From Candidatus Eremiobacteria bacterium (GTDB lineage: Bacteria > Vulcanimicrobiota > Vulcanimicrobiia > Eremiobacterales > Eremiobacteraceae): a stretch of DNA of 64,000 bases. The DNA lies in assembly GCA_025450855.1 (NCBI GenBank), contig JANWLL010000075.1:609-64608 (forward strand), in the 5' to 3' direction. This document shows positions 34,318 to 46,481 of this stretch, piece after piece; position 1 is the first letter of the stretch, and each line of letters starts with the position of its first letter. The translations under genes and the position numbers were made by a program. The notes under the pieces are model-generated. The model made no database searches. It was not told the DNA's origin and saw only the letters and a program-made list of their open reading frames with translations.

Positions 34318-36567
34318 TTAGAACGATTGACCGATACCGAACGAGACGTGCGCGCCGTTCTGGCCGGTCGCGAAATCTAGGCGCAGCGCTTGGCCCGGCA
34401 GCAGCGGCGTCTGCACTCGGATGCCGATGCCGAAATCCGTCTTGAAGTGGAACGGCGCCTCGACGAACGTGACGACCGGTTGCGGTCCCGGCTTGAACGG
34501 CGAGTGCGGCCCGGCCGGAGGCGTCGGCGTCGGCGACGGCGACGGTCCGACGACCGGCGTGACGTACGGCGCGTCGCCGGTGTCGGCGAACAGCGCGATG
34601 GCGAATTTCTTGTCGGGCGTCACCGGGATGCGAAGCTCGAGCTGGCCGAGGATCTCGCGATCGCCGTAGAACACGTACCGCTGGCCGCGCAGTTGCTGGT
34701 CCGAAAGGCTGAAGAGCGTGTTGTACGGCAGCGTCGCGCCGCCGCTCGAGAAGCCGAGGTTCAAGTGCGCGGCGAGCGTCGAGTGCTCGCGCACCGGATA
34801 GAAGCGCGTCAGGTCGATGTCCGACTTGTCGTACTGGTAGTCCGAACCGAAGCCGTGCAGCGACACCTCGTTCGCGAGCGATGACGTGCCGCCGAAGCGC
34901 GGCGAGACGACGTCATCGCGGTTGTCACGATTGATGCCGAACGTGACGGTGCGCAGGTTCGAGACGCCGTTCTTCACCGGCGAGCCGCCGATGTTCTGGC
35001 CGAAGTTGTTCGGCGAGATGAGCGCCGAGCGCAGGTCGAGCAGGCTCTGGTTGAATCCGTTCGCCGTGAAGCCCTGGAACAATCGCGTCGCGCTCACGCC
35101 GAAGTTGATGCGCGTGAAGTAGGCGACCGGGTGTCCGAAGCCGACCTGCGCGCCGGCTTGGCGCGACGAGTAGCCGGCCGACAGACCGCCGCACGGCGTG
35201 CCGCCCGCGATGCACGGACCTGACGGAGCGGGCGTGCCGAACTGCGGCGACGGGATGGTGCCGCCGCCCGGCGAGATGGAGTAGAACGGGTTGTTGCCTG
35301 CTTCTTTATATACGGGGTACGGCTGGTTGTTGATGTCGTTGTTGAAGATCGAGAACGAGACCGAGTCCGGCTTGAACTTGTGGATGTACGGAACGGTGAC
35401 GCCGAAGGTGATGTCGCTGATGTACTGGCCGCGCTGGAAGCCGATCGACGCGCCATTGCCCGTGCCGTTGAGGTTGTTCTCGGAGAACGAGATGTTCGCG
35501 GCGAGACCTTGGCCGTACGTGCCGCCGCCCGAGTAGCTGACGCCGAAGTTCGCACTGCCGGTGCGCTGCTCGATGACGGTCCAGACGAGCGTCACCATAC
35601 CGCACTTGCTGCCGAACGGCTTGAACGACGCGTCGACTGATTTGAAGAACTGCGTGTTGTTGATCTGCTCGTAGTCGTAGCGGAGCCGGTTGTCGCTGAT
35701 GAGGTCGCCGGGGTGCAGACGGAGCAGCCGGCGGATGACGTAGTCCTTCGTCTTCGAGTTGCCCTGGATCTCGATCGCGCCGATGCGATACTCGCAGATC
35801 GTCACGTTGACGACGCCGGGATCGTTCTGGTCCGCGCCGCCATCGACGGCGGCGGAGAATCCGATATCCTTGTAGAGCTTGTTGATCGCGGTCAGGTCGT
35901 CTTGGAACGTCTGATCGGAGTACGTGACGCCGGGCTTCGTCTTCATGACGCCGATGATCGCCGGTGTCGGGATGATCGTATTGCCGGTGACGGCGACCTT
36001 CGCGACCGTGACGCCTTCCTTGATGTCGAGCCGAAGCGTGCCGTCGCGATCGATCTTGATGTTCTGGACGTGACGCGTGCCGGTATAGCCGAGCTTGTCG
36101 TAGTACGAGTTGATCTTCTGCACGTCGTCGCGCAGCGTGTTCGTGTTGAGGACGCTGCCGTCGGTCGTGTCCATGAGCGCGCCGAGGATGTCGGACGTGA
36201 CGTGCGCGTTGCCCGTGAAGACGACCTTCGACACGACCGGGTTTTCGATGACGATGAAGTTGACGCTCACCCCGCCCGGTGTCGACCGAATGTCGGTCTT
36301 GACGTCGGTGAAGTAACCGAGCCCGAGGATGGCGTTCTGGTCGTTGGCGACCTGCTTCGTGTCGAGCGGCGCGCCGACTTGGCTGCGGACGACCGCCGCT
36401 ATCTTATCGACGGGGACGTGCGAGTTGCCGCGGACGTTGATCGCCGTGACGATGGGCGCCACCGAAGCCGGCGTCTGCACCGGATTTGCGACGACCGCGG
36501 CGATGGCGACGACAATCGCGACCGCTGCGCTTCGGAGAAAAAGGACCAATGGAAAGGCGCTCCTCAT
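34318..36567 (-). CDS. bamA: Outer membrane protein assembly factor BamA
   Basis: Signal peptide, POTRA repeats (ITAINVRGNSHVP..., VVFTGNAHV..., VAVTGNTIIP..., IEIQGNSKTKDYVIRR) and a C-terminal barrel ending GIGQSF. Confidence 0.92.
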   Translation of the reverse strand: MRSAFPLVLFLRSAAVAIVVAIAAVVANPVQTPASVAPIVTAINVRGNSHVPVDKIAAVVRSQVGAPLDTKQVANDQNAILGLGYFTDVKTDIRSTPGGVSVNFIVIENPVVSKVVFTGNAHVTSDILGALMDTTDGSVLNTNTLRDDVQKINSYYDKLGYTGTRHVQNIKIDRDGTLRLDIKEGVTVAKVAVTGNTIIPTPAIIGVMKTKPGVTYSDQTFQDDLTAINKLYKDIGFSAAVDGGADQNDPGVVNVTICEYRIGAIEIQGNSKTKDYVIRRLLRLHPGDLISDNRLRYDYEQINNTQFFKSVDASFKPFGSKCGMVTLVWTVIEQRTGSANFGVSYSGGGTYGQGLAANISFSENNLNGTGNGASIGFQRGQYISDITFGVTVPYIHKFKPDSVSFSIFNNDINNQPYPVYKEAGNNPFYSISPGGGTIPSPQFGTPAPSGPCIAGGTPCGGLSAGYSSRQAGAQVGFGHPVAYFTRINFGVSATRLFQGFTANGFNQSLLDLRSALISPNNFGQNIGGSPVKNGVSNLRTVTFGINRDNRDDVVSPRFGGTSSLANEVSLHGFGSDYQYDKSDIDLTRFYPVREHSTLAAHLNLGFSSGGATLPYNTLFSLSDQQLRGQRYVFYGDREILGQLELRIPVTPDKKFAIALFADTGDAPYVTPVVGPSPSPTPTPPAGPHSPFKPGPQPVVTFVEAPFHFKTDFGIGIRVQTPLLPGQALRLDFATGQNGAHVSFGIGQSF

Positions 36568-36755
36568 CTTCGGTGGCTAGGCGGCGTCCCGGCGGCCGTC
36601 GCGTTGCCTCGGGACTGACCGATGGGCATGACCGGACCGACCGCGGTGTGATGCAGCCGGGTCCTCCTTCGCCCTAGGGAGCAACGAGGCCGATGTCTGA
36701 GCTGAAAACGCGACCTGTTTTCCCACGGTTCCGCTCGGTTTCCTCCCCTGGGACG

Positions 36756-39700
36756 TTAGTGGAACGTGAGGCGAAGATTCAGCGTCGCTTGCTGTAAACC
36801 GCTCGCCGACTGCGTCTGCAAGATCTCGAGGTCCGCGTAATCGCGCAGGCTGTACGCGACGCCGGCGGTTTGCGTGACGGGGACGCTGAGCGAAGATCGA
36901 TAGATCGCATAGACGGTCGGTGTCACCAACTTGCGGACTTCGACGTTCACCTTTCCTTGCTGGTCGTAGATGAGCGATATCTGCTCGACGTTGATCGTCT
37001 GCGCGAGCAGCGATTCGACTGGGAACAGCAACGAACGCGTCAGCTGCGCGTTGAAGTACGACTGCGCTTCGGCGTAGAGCAGCGACGGCGCCTGGCCCGG
37101 CGTCGAACTGATGACCGACTGGACTTGCGGCGCGTGGAGCAGCGTCGCAACGATGTCATCGCGCGACATCGACGGATTCGACGAAAGCTCGGTCTGGAGG
37201 TTGTCGATCCGGCCGGTGACCGTGAGCGTGATCTCCGCGCCGCTCAGATTCGTCGTCGCCCTGACGTCGAGCGTCGGGAGCAAGCCCTCGGTCGGGTCGA
37301 AGGTCACGACGCCGCGCTCCAGCCGGAAGTTCGTGTCGAAGTACCCGATCTGGCCGCGTGTCGCCGAGAACTCTCCCGCGAGCGTCGGCGCGCGCAGGTT
37401 GCCGGCTATGAGGACGCCGCCGGCGGCGGTGAGGTCGATCGCGCCGCCGTGCACGCGCACGTTCTTGCCCGCGCTCGCTTTGATCGAGAGGTCGACCGAA
37501 GGCAGTTTCGGCTTGGCCGCGGCTTGCTTCTTGCCCGCCGGTCCTCCGAGCACATACGGTCCGCCCTCGCCGAAGACTCCACCGCCGTAGACGACGATGT
37601 GGCCGGGCTTCAGCTCGGGCACCCCCGGGATCGGACCGTTTTCCGGCGCGGGTCCGCTACCGTAGCCCGACGCGAGCCTATAGATCGCCGCGAACGGAAT
37701 CGTGCCGTCGTCGATCGTCATGTCGCCGGTCGCGAACGGCGTCGTTCCTGATTTCGTGACTTGCAAGTCGCCCGTGATGCTGCCCACGGTCCAGTCGGGG
37801 ATGTCGATCTGCGCGCCGCGCAGATGGAGACGCGACGTGTACTGGATGCCCGCGACGTTCAGGAGACCGACCGCAGGGATGATGTGGACCGATCCGCCGC
37901 CCGACAGCGTGCCGCGTCCTAGATCCGCGTGGACCTTCGAAACGGTCAGCGTGTCGCGATCGAGTGCGACATCGGCGGTGAGGTGCTCGGCCGCCACCGT
38001 TTCGAACGGCGATGTGATGCTCGCATTTCGTAGTTGCGCGGATCCCGAGAGCTTCGGACGGCCGGCCGTGCCCGTCACGGCGCCGTTGACGTCGAGCGTT
38101 CCCGTCATCGCCGCGTAACGCGCCGTCACGCCATCGAACGCGCTCAGGTCGACCGACTTCGCCGCCACTACGAGATTGATCGGCCGCGTCTTCGGCCCGA
38201 GTCCGAACGGCTCGAGCTGAAGGGGTAGCGTTCCGCCGATCGTGATGACGCCGCGATTTCGCGATAGATCCACCTCGGCGTCGGCAATGTCGATTTCGCC
38301 TGGTGCGTAGCCGACCCGACCGGTGATGCGGTCGAACCGCACCCCGAAGGCCGCGCCCTTCCCGCTGACGATGTTCGTCGCGACGTGCGGCGCCGCGAGC
38401 GAACCGGTGACGCTGACGTTTGCGAGCGCCGAACCGCTTGCGAGACCCGGATGTCCGGCGAGCTCGAGCACGCGCCCGATGTCAGTCGCGTTGATCGTCG
38501 CCGTCGCCGCGATGCGTTTGGCGGGTCCGACGGTGCCTTGCCCGGTGATCTGCGCGAACGGCAGCGCGATCGAAGCGTAGCGAAGCGAGAACGTCTTGCC
38601 GTCGGTCTCGATCCTGCCCGAGGCGCTGTCGATCGCGACTTTGCCGAGATGACCGTCGTGCAGCGCGAACGTGACGCGGCCTGCGGGCGACGAAGGCCGG
38701 CCGCGGAGATAACCATCGGCGTCGATGACGCCGGTCAATCCGAGACTCTCTTTGCCGACGATGGGCATGATGCGCCCGAGATCGGCGCCGCGTATCCGGC
38801 CCGCGATGTCGTAGCGAGCGGTGCTGAAGTCGGGCAGCGCGTTGCGGCTTTGGGCGAACGTCACGCTGCCGCGAAGATCCGATGTTCCGGTTTCGCCGTT
38901 CTGCCGGACGTTGAGAAGCAATCGATCGTTCTGACCGGAGAAATCGCCGTCGACCGTGCCGAGCGGAAATCCGAGAACCGACGTCCCCGCGAGGTTGACG
39001 TTGCCCGATCCGATGAGGCCCCCGCGCGTCGATTCGAACGCGACTTGGGCGCTCCCGCGACCTTCGAGCGTGTCGTAGCCGTTGAAGAAATCGTTGAAGT
39101 CGGAAAGGTCGACGTCGTGACTCGATGCGCGCACGTGAGCGGCCGAGCGCGAGAGGCTGCCGCCGAACGCGAAGTGCGACGAGCCGATGCCGATGTTTCC
39201 GCTGCTGACTTGGACCGATTTCGCGGAGGCGTCGATCGACCCGCGCAGGTCTTCGAAGGTGACGCCTTGCAGCGTGCCGCTGCCCGCGTTGACATTGCCC
39301 ACCGCGTGCGGATCGGCGACCGTGCCGTCGACGCGAAGATCCGCAGCCATCGTACCGCGCAAGCCGACGTTCGACGGCAGGTAACGGCCGGCGAGGGCGC
39401 CGAGATCGCCTTCACGCATCGTTGCGGCGAGGTCGAGCGTCGCGCCGCCGACCGGCCTATCGGGTCCGAGCTTGTCGACGGAGCCGTCGAGATAGACGAA
39501 GCCGCCGCCGACTCCGAATCGGACGCCGCTCGCGACGAGACGGTCGCCGCCGTAGCTCACCTGCAGATCGCCCGATACTCTGCGCCCGGCGATCTGCGCA
39601 CGATAGACGGAGGCCGCCCCCGTGATCCGCGGTGCGAGCAGCGTGCCGCCGATCGTCGCGTCGCCGATCGCGCGACCGCCTTTGATGCCGGAACTTGCAG

Positions 39701-41978
39701 GCGCGACCGCGCCGATGTCGAGACCGTCCGTCCAGACCTTGAGATCGCCCTTTTCGCTCGCATTGCTGCTCGGGATCGGACCCATAGCCGACAAGACGCC
39801 GCCCGCGGTGGCGACCCGGCCGGCGTAGACGTCCGTCGCAGAGCCGCCGCCGCCGCCGATGCTCGCGTTCAGCGAGCTGACGCGCACGTCGCCGACCGCG
39901 GCATTCGCGCTCGATGCGTCGAGTGCGACCGTCCAATGCCCGCCGCCAAGCGCTGCGGTGAATCCGCCTCGCGCGTTGCCGCGAAGCGCGTGGATGCCCG
40001 AAGCGCCGCCGAGGGCGGCGAGATCCGCGTTGCCCGAACCTTCCAGCACGGCGGCATATCCGGACCTCGGCGAGATGGCGACGTCGCCCGCGACCTGCAT
40101 CGCGGCGTCGGGGCCGTCGATCGTCGCATGCGCGATGTGGACTTCACCGCCGCGGCCGCCGGCTGCGATGGTCGCGCGACCGAGCCGCGCACCACCTACG
40201 ACGAGGTCGTGTGCGGTCGCGTTGATCGCGACGTCCGGCGAGCGCTCGTCGCCGAGCACGACGATCGTGCCGTCGAGCGATCCGTCGATCGCGGGCAGCG
40301 TCACCGGCGTCGCTCCGTCCACGCCGGGAAGCGACCGCGAAGCCGCGACAGTGTGGAGCGATGCAGAACGCGCGACGATCACACCTTGGATCATACGCGA
40401 GGCTGACGTGCGATCGATCGCGCCGCTCGCTATGAGCTCGCCGCCGCCCGGATCGTCGATGATCGCGGGGCCTATGGCAAATCGCTGCGGACCGGCGTCG
40501 AATGCCGTACGGAACGTGCCGCCGTCTTTGCCGTCGACTTGTGCGAAGCCCACGCCGCGCATCGCCGCGAGCGGTCCGTTCATCGACACGAGAGCGCTCG
40601 CGACGCCGCCGGGCTCGAGGTTCGCCGCGACCGGCAGTTTGTCCGACGGTATCGTCGCGAGCACGTCGAACGCGCCGGTGATCGGCGCAGCGTTGAGATC
40701 GACGTCGCCTTCCGCATTGACGGATCCGCCGTCATATTCGCCCGCGATGATCGGGAACGTCAGGTGTCCGCCCGTGTAGAATATGGTCCCTGCGAGCGCC
40801 GTAACCGGCACGCCGCCATACGATACGATGTCAGGTGCTACGTAGCTGCCGGCGATGTCGATCGTCGCGGGCGGCCCATTGACGCGCAAGTCGATGCCGA
40901 TCGGCCCGACGACGTCGAGCTTCGTCGCGAACGCGAGCGCGTGCCGCATGTTCGCGAGCGATTGCGTGCTGTGGACGGCGAGCGCGAGCGTGACGCCGCC
41001 CCGCAGGCGCAGGCCGCCTTCGATCGTCACCGGCGCGCCTTCGAGCGTCCCCGTGAGCCGCGGACTCGAAAGCTCGCCGCCGGCGAATGCCAGCCGCCCG
41101 GCGACGTGCGCGATCGGGGCGGTGAGCGGCAGCACGCGAAATGCGCCGTCCGTCAGATCTCCCGATCCGGATATCTGCCAATCAGGTCCGTACGCCGGAT
41201 CGTATCCGATCGAGAACGCTCGCAGCACGAGCCCGCTCACCGTCGCGCGTTCGAGTGAGAACGCTTTCGTCGGCTCGAGACCGTCGACGATCGACGCGAC
41301 GTCGATCTTGTCGGCGCGGAGCGTCGCCTGTGCGAAATGCTGCGCGTCGTACTCGCGGATGTCGATCGCGACCGGTGCGCGACCGGGACCGGCGACGTAT
41401 GCACCGGTGAACGACAGCGAACTCAGCGAACCTGTCTCGAGCTGCCCCGATCCGGCGACGTTCACGACGTGAAAGCGTCTGCCGATCGGCGACGGCGCGG
41501 CGGGATCTTCGAAGTCGAGTTCGCCGGCGCGAATCGCCAGCGACAGATGATAAGGAAGCGGCGGAGGCCCGAGCGCGGTGGATGGCGCGCCGAGCAGCGG
41601 CGCATAGTTGTAGGATCCGTCCGCGTAGCGGATGATGTGGACGACCGGCGCGACGAGTTCGAGAGTGATGAGGCCGTAGCGACGATCGCTTCGTCCGGTC
41701 CAGACCGCGGGATCGAGCGACGCGCTGATCTCATCCGCGTTGAAGAACGGCGAGCCGCTCCGGTCGTCGATCTCCAGGCCGGCCGCTTCGATCTTCGACG
41801 ACGTGATATGCAGCGACGTGGCGTGCAAGGAGAAACCGCGCGCATGGAGCGCCGCATCGACGACGGCGAACGCGGCGGCGTTGCGAGCGGCCGGGATGAC
41901 GAGGACGAGGACTATCGCCGCCAATACCGCGGCGGCCGCCGCGGCGAGGACCACCCATCTACGGCGCAATCGTCGCAC
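36756..41978 (-). CDS. tamB: TamB/AsmA-like translocation and assembly module protein (1740 aa)
   Basis: N-terminal TM anchor WVVLAAAAAAVLAAIVLVLVI, a very long Gly/Ala/Val-rich beta-rich body and a DUF490-like C-terminus (TVTGRIDNLQTELSSNPSMSRDDIVATLL...LRLTFH). Lies upstream of bamA. Confidence 0.85.
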   Translation of the reverse strand: MRRLRRRWVVLAAAAAAVLAAIVLVLVIPAARNAAAFAVVDAALHARGFSLHATSLHITSSKIEAAGLEIDDRSGSPFFNADEISASLDPAVWTGRSDRRYGLITLELVAPVVHIIRYADGSYNYAPLLGAPSTALGPPPLPYHLSLAIRAGELDFEDPAAPSPIGRRFHVVNVAGSGQLETGSLSSLSFTGAYVAGPGRAPVAIDIREYDAQHFAQATLRADKIDVASIVDGLEPTKAFSLERATVSGLVLRAFSIGYDPAYGPDWQISGSGDLTDGAFRVLPLTAPIAHVAGRLAFAGGELSSPRLTGTLEGAPVTIEGGLRLRGGVTLALAVHSTQSLANMRHALAFATKLDVVGPIGIDLRVNGPPATIDIAGSYVAPDIVSYGGVPVTALAGTIFYTGGHLTFPIIAGEYDGGSVNAEGDVDLNAAPITGAFDVLATIPSDKLPVAANLEPGGVASALVSMNGPLAAMRGVGFAQVDGKDGGTFRTAFDAGPQRFAIGPAIIDDPGGGELIASGAIDRTSASRMIQGVIVARSASLHTVAASRSLPGVDGATPVTLPAIDGSLDGTIVVLGDERSPDVAINATAHDLVVGGARLGRATIAAGGRGGEVHIAHATIDGPDAAMQVAGDVAISPRSGYAAVLEGSGNADLAALGGASGIHALRGNARGGFTAALGGGHWTVALDASSANAAVGDVRVSSLNASIGGGGGSATDVYAGRVATAGGVLSAMGPIPSSNASEKGDLKVWTDGLDIGAVAPASSGIKGGRAIGDATIGGTLLAPRITGAASVYRAQIAGRRVSGDLQVSYGGDRLVASGVRFGVGGGFVYLDGSVDKLGPDRPVGGATLDLAATMREGDLGALAGRYLPSNVGLRGTMAADLRVDGTVADPHAVGNVNAGSGTLQGVTFEDLRGSIDASAKSVQVSSGNIGIGSSHFAFGGSLSRSAAHVRASSHDVDLSDFNDFFNGYDTLEGRGSAQVAFESTRGGLIGSGNVNLAGTSVLGFPLGTVDGDFSGQNDRLLLNVRQNGETGTSDLRGSVTFAQSRNALPDFSTARYDIAGRIRGADLGRIMPIVGKESLGLTGVIDADGYLRGRPSSPAGRVTFALHDGHLGKVAIDSASGRIETDGKTFSLRYASIALPFAQITGQGTVGPAKRIAATATINATDIGRVLELAGHPGLASGSALANVSVTGSLAAPHVATNIVSGKGAAFGVRFDRITGRVGYAPGEIDIADAEVDLSRNRGVITIGGTLPLQLEPFGLGPKTRPINLVVAAKSVDLSAFDGVTARYAAMTGTLDVNGAVTGTAGRPKLSGSAQLRNASITSPFETVAAEHLTADVALDRDTLTVSKVHADLGRGTLSGGGSVHIIPAVGLLNVAGIQYTSRLHLRGAQIDIPDWTVGSITGDLQVTKSGTTPFATGDMTIDDGTIPFAAIYRLASGYGSGPAPENGPIPGVPELKPGHIVVYGGGVFGEGGPYVLGGPAGKKQAAAKPKLPSVDLSIKASAGKNVRVHGGAIDLTAAGGVLIAGNLRAPTLAGEFSATRGQIGYFDTNFRLERGVVTFDPTEGLLPTLDVRATTNLSGAEITLTVTGRIDNLQTELSSNPSMSRDDIVATLLHAPQVQSVISSTPGQAPSLLYAEAQSYFNAQLTRSLLFPVESLLAQTINVEQISLIYDQQGKVNVEVRKLVTPTVYAIYRSSLSVPVTQTAGVAYSLRDYADLEILQTQSASGLQQATLNLRLTFH

Positions 41979-42127
41979 GCTGTGTTATTCCCGGTTGTCG
42001 CGCTGCAAACCCGGTCGCGCTCGAGCGCGCGAAACCGCCGACCGGCGTGCCCTCACATAGTGTAACGCGGCACACGCCGGGCGCGGTTCCCGCCTTCGAT
42101 CACCTGTGGGGTTTCATACGGAGTGAT

Positions 42128-42156
42128 TATCGGTCGAGCTGAAGCTCGACCGCTAC
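42128..42156 (-). repeat. REP-like hairpin, family AGCGGTCGAG-loop-CTCGACCG, copy 3
   Basis: The reverse complement reads GTAGCGGTCGAGCttcaGCTCGACCGATA, 28 nt after the gyrB stop. 9-bp stem and no U-tract. Confidence 0.65.
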
Positions 42157-42183
42157 ACGGCCGTCGCCAAGAAACGCAGCGCG

Positions 42184-45058
<2,875 letters not shown>

Positions 45059-45080
45059 CTCGGATCGCACTCGACTGTAG

Positions 45081-45211
45081 CCGCGGGGCGAGGGCCGTCG
45101 CTCGCGCGGGGACGCGGCGGAAGTCGGGAAATACTTGTCTTCCGCCGCTCGGTTCCGGCGGCTTTCGCCGCCTCCAACGCCCCGCTCATGAGCGACACCC
45201 TCGCCCCGCGG
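45081..45211 (+). repeat. Nested-hairpin repeat, copy C (long form)
   Basis: Outer stem CCGCGGGGCGAGGGccGTCGCTC / GAGCGACacCCTCGCCCCGCGG (21 of 23 bp). P2 is GCGGGG/CCCCGC. P3 is GCGGCGGAAG/CTTCCGCCGC with a 15-nt loop. An extra hairpin is GCGGC-tttc-GCCGC. Confidence 0.8.
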
Positions 45212-45223
45212 AACAGAATCGCC

Positions 45224-45351
45224 GCTCATCCGTCGGCGTGGCCGAAACGCGGGGCGTCTTGAGCGGCGAGAGCCGCGAAAGTCGAGCGCCGAGATGCAGG
45301 TCTGCCCCGAATCTCGGCGCGTCCCCGCATCGGCCACGCCGACGGATGAGC
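45224..45351 (-). repeat. Nested-hairpin repeat, copy B (long form), inverted relative to copy C
   Basis: Perfect 22-bp outer stem GCTCATCCGTCGGCGTGGCCGA / TCGGCCACGCCGACGGATGAGC. P3 is GCGCCGAGAT/ATCTCGGCGC with the loop TCGGGGCAGACCTGC (read on the minus strand). An extra hairpin is GCGGC-tctc-GCCGC. Confidence 0.8.
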
Positions 45352-45358
45352 ATACGGT

Positions 45359-46477
45359 TCACGATGCCACTTCGTGCGAGAGATGTAGCGCTCCCGAGAT
45401 GACGGCGATGAGTGAGGCCGAGGCGCCGGGAGGCATGACGGGCGGATCGGTCGCGGTGATGAACGCTTGATCGAACGATCCGATCGATTCGAGAAACGCG
45501 CGCCGTCGGTCGTCGTCGAGCTCGGAGAGAACGTCGTCGAGCAAGAGGAGCGGCGCTTCGCCGGTGGCGCGCTGGAGAAGCGCATATTCGGCCGCTTTGA
45601 GCGCGAGTACGGCGGTGCGCTGTTGTCCTTGCGAACCGAAGCGCGAGAGCGCTTCTCCGTCGAGCGAGAGCGAGACGTCGTCGCGATGCGGTCCGACGAG
45701 CGAGCCGCGTCGCGCGAGCTCCGCTGGCCGCATGCGCACGAAAGCTGCGCGCAGACCGGTTTCAATAGCAGCCGGCGCTTCGTCGGCGATCGGCGGTGCC
45801 GGGTCGTAACGGATCGTGAGCGCCGGCGACGCACCGACCCAACGCGCGTGGACGTCAGAAGCCTCCGCGCCGAGGCGACGGACGTACGATGCGCGCTCGG
45901 CGACGAGCCTCGCGCCGACCGGCGCGAGCTGATCGTCGTACGTGTCGAGCAGCGCGCGATCGACCGTCGGCGCACGGAGCAGCGCGTTCTTCTGCGCGAG
46001 GATCTTGGCGTAGACGGCGAGGTCGTGATAGTATCGCTTGCTGCTTTGCGATAGCGCCGTATTGATGAGACGCCGCCGCAGAGCGGCGGGCCCGCCGACG
46101 AGCTGCAGGTCGTACGGCATGAACGTCACCGCATTGACGCCGCCGAGGAAGTCGCCGTAGCGGACGGCGCGCCCTTGCCGGAAGAAGCGTTTGCGCGCGC
46201 CCTCACCGGCGCGCGAGATGACGCATTGCGCCACGACTTCGCCGTGACGCGTGCGGACGCGCGCGCTCACGGACGCTGCCGGCGCGCCGGTCGCGACGAG
46301 ATCGGCTTCGCGGGAAGTGCGAAACGATTTGCCGGTCGACAACAGCGCGAGAGCTTCGAGCAAGTTCGACTTGCCCTGCGCATTCGCGCCGACGAAGATG
46401 CACGCGCCCTCCGGCGGCTCGAAGCGGAGGGCGGCGTAGTTCCGAAAGGCGGTCAGTTCGAGTGCGAGAACGCGCAC
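45359..46477 (-). CDS. recF: DNA replication and repair protein RecF
   Basis: LTAFRNYAALRFEPPEGACIFVGANAQGKSNLLEAL (Walker A), GSQGQQRTAVLALK and LLLDDVLSELD. Confidence 0.95.
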   Translation of the reverse strand: MRVLALELTAFRNYAALRFEPPEGACIFVGANAQGKSNLLEALALLSTGKSFRTSREADLVATGAPAASVSARVRTRHGEVVAQCVISRAGEGARKRFFRQGRAVRYGDFLGGVNAVTFMPYDLQLVGGPAALRRRLINTALSQSSKRYYHDLAVYAKILAQKNALLRAPTVDRALLDTYDDQLAPVGARLVAERASYVRRLGAEASDVHARWVGASPALTIRYDPAPPIADEAPAAIETGLRAAFVRMRPAELARRGSLVGPHRDDVSLSLDGEALSRFGSQGQQRTAVLALKAAEYALLQRATGEAPLLLLDDVLSELDDDRRRAFLESIGSFDQAFITATDPPVMPPGASASLIAVISGALHLSHEVAS

Positions 46478-46481
46478 GAGT

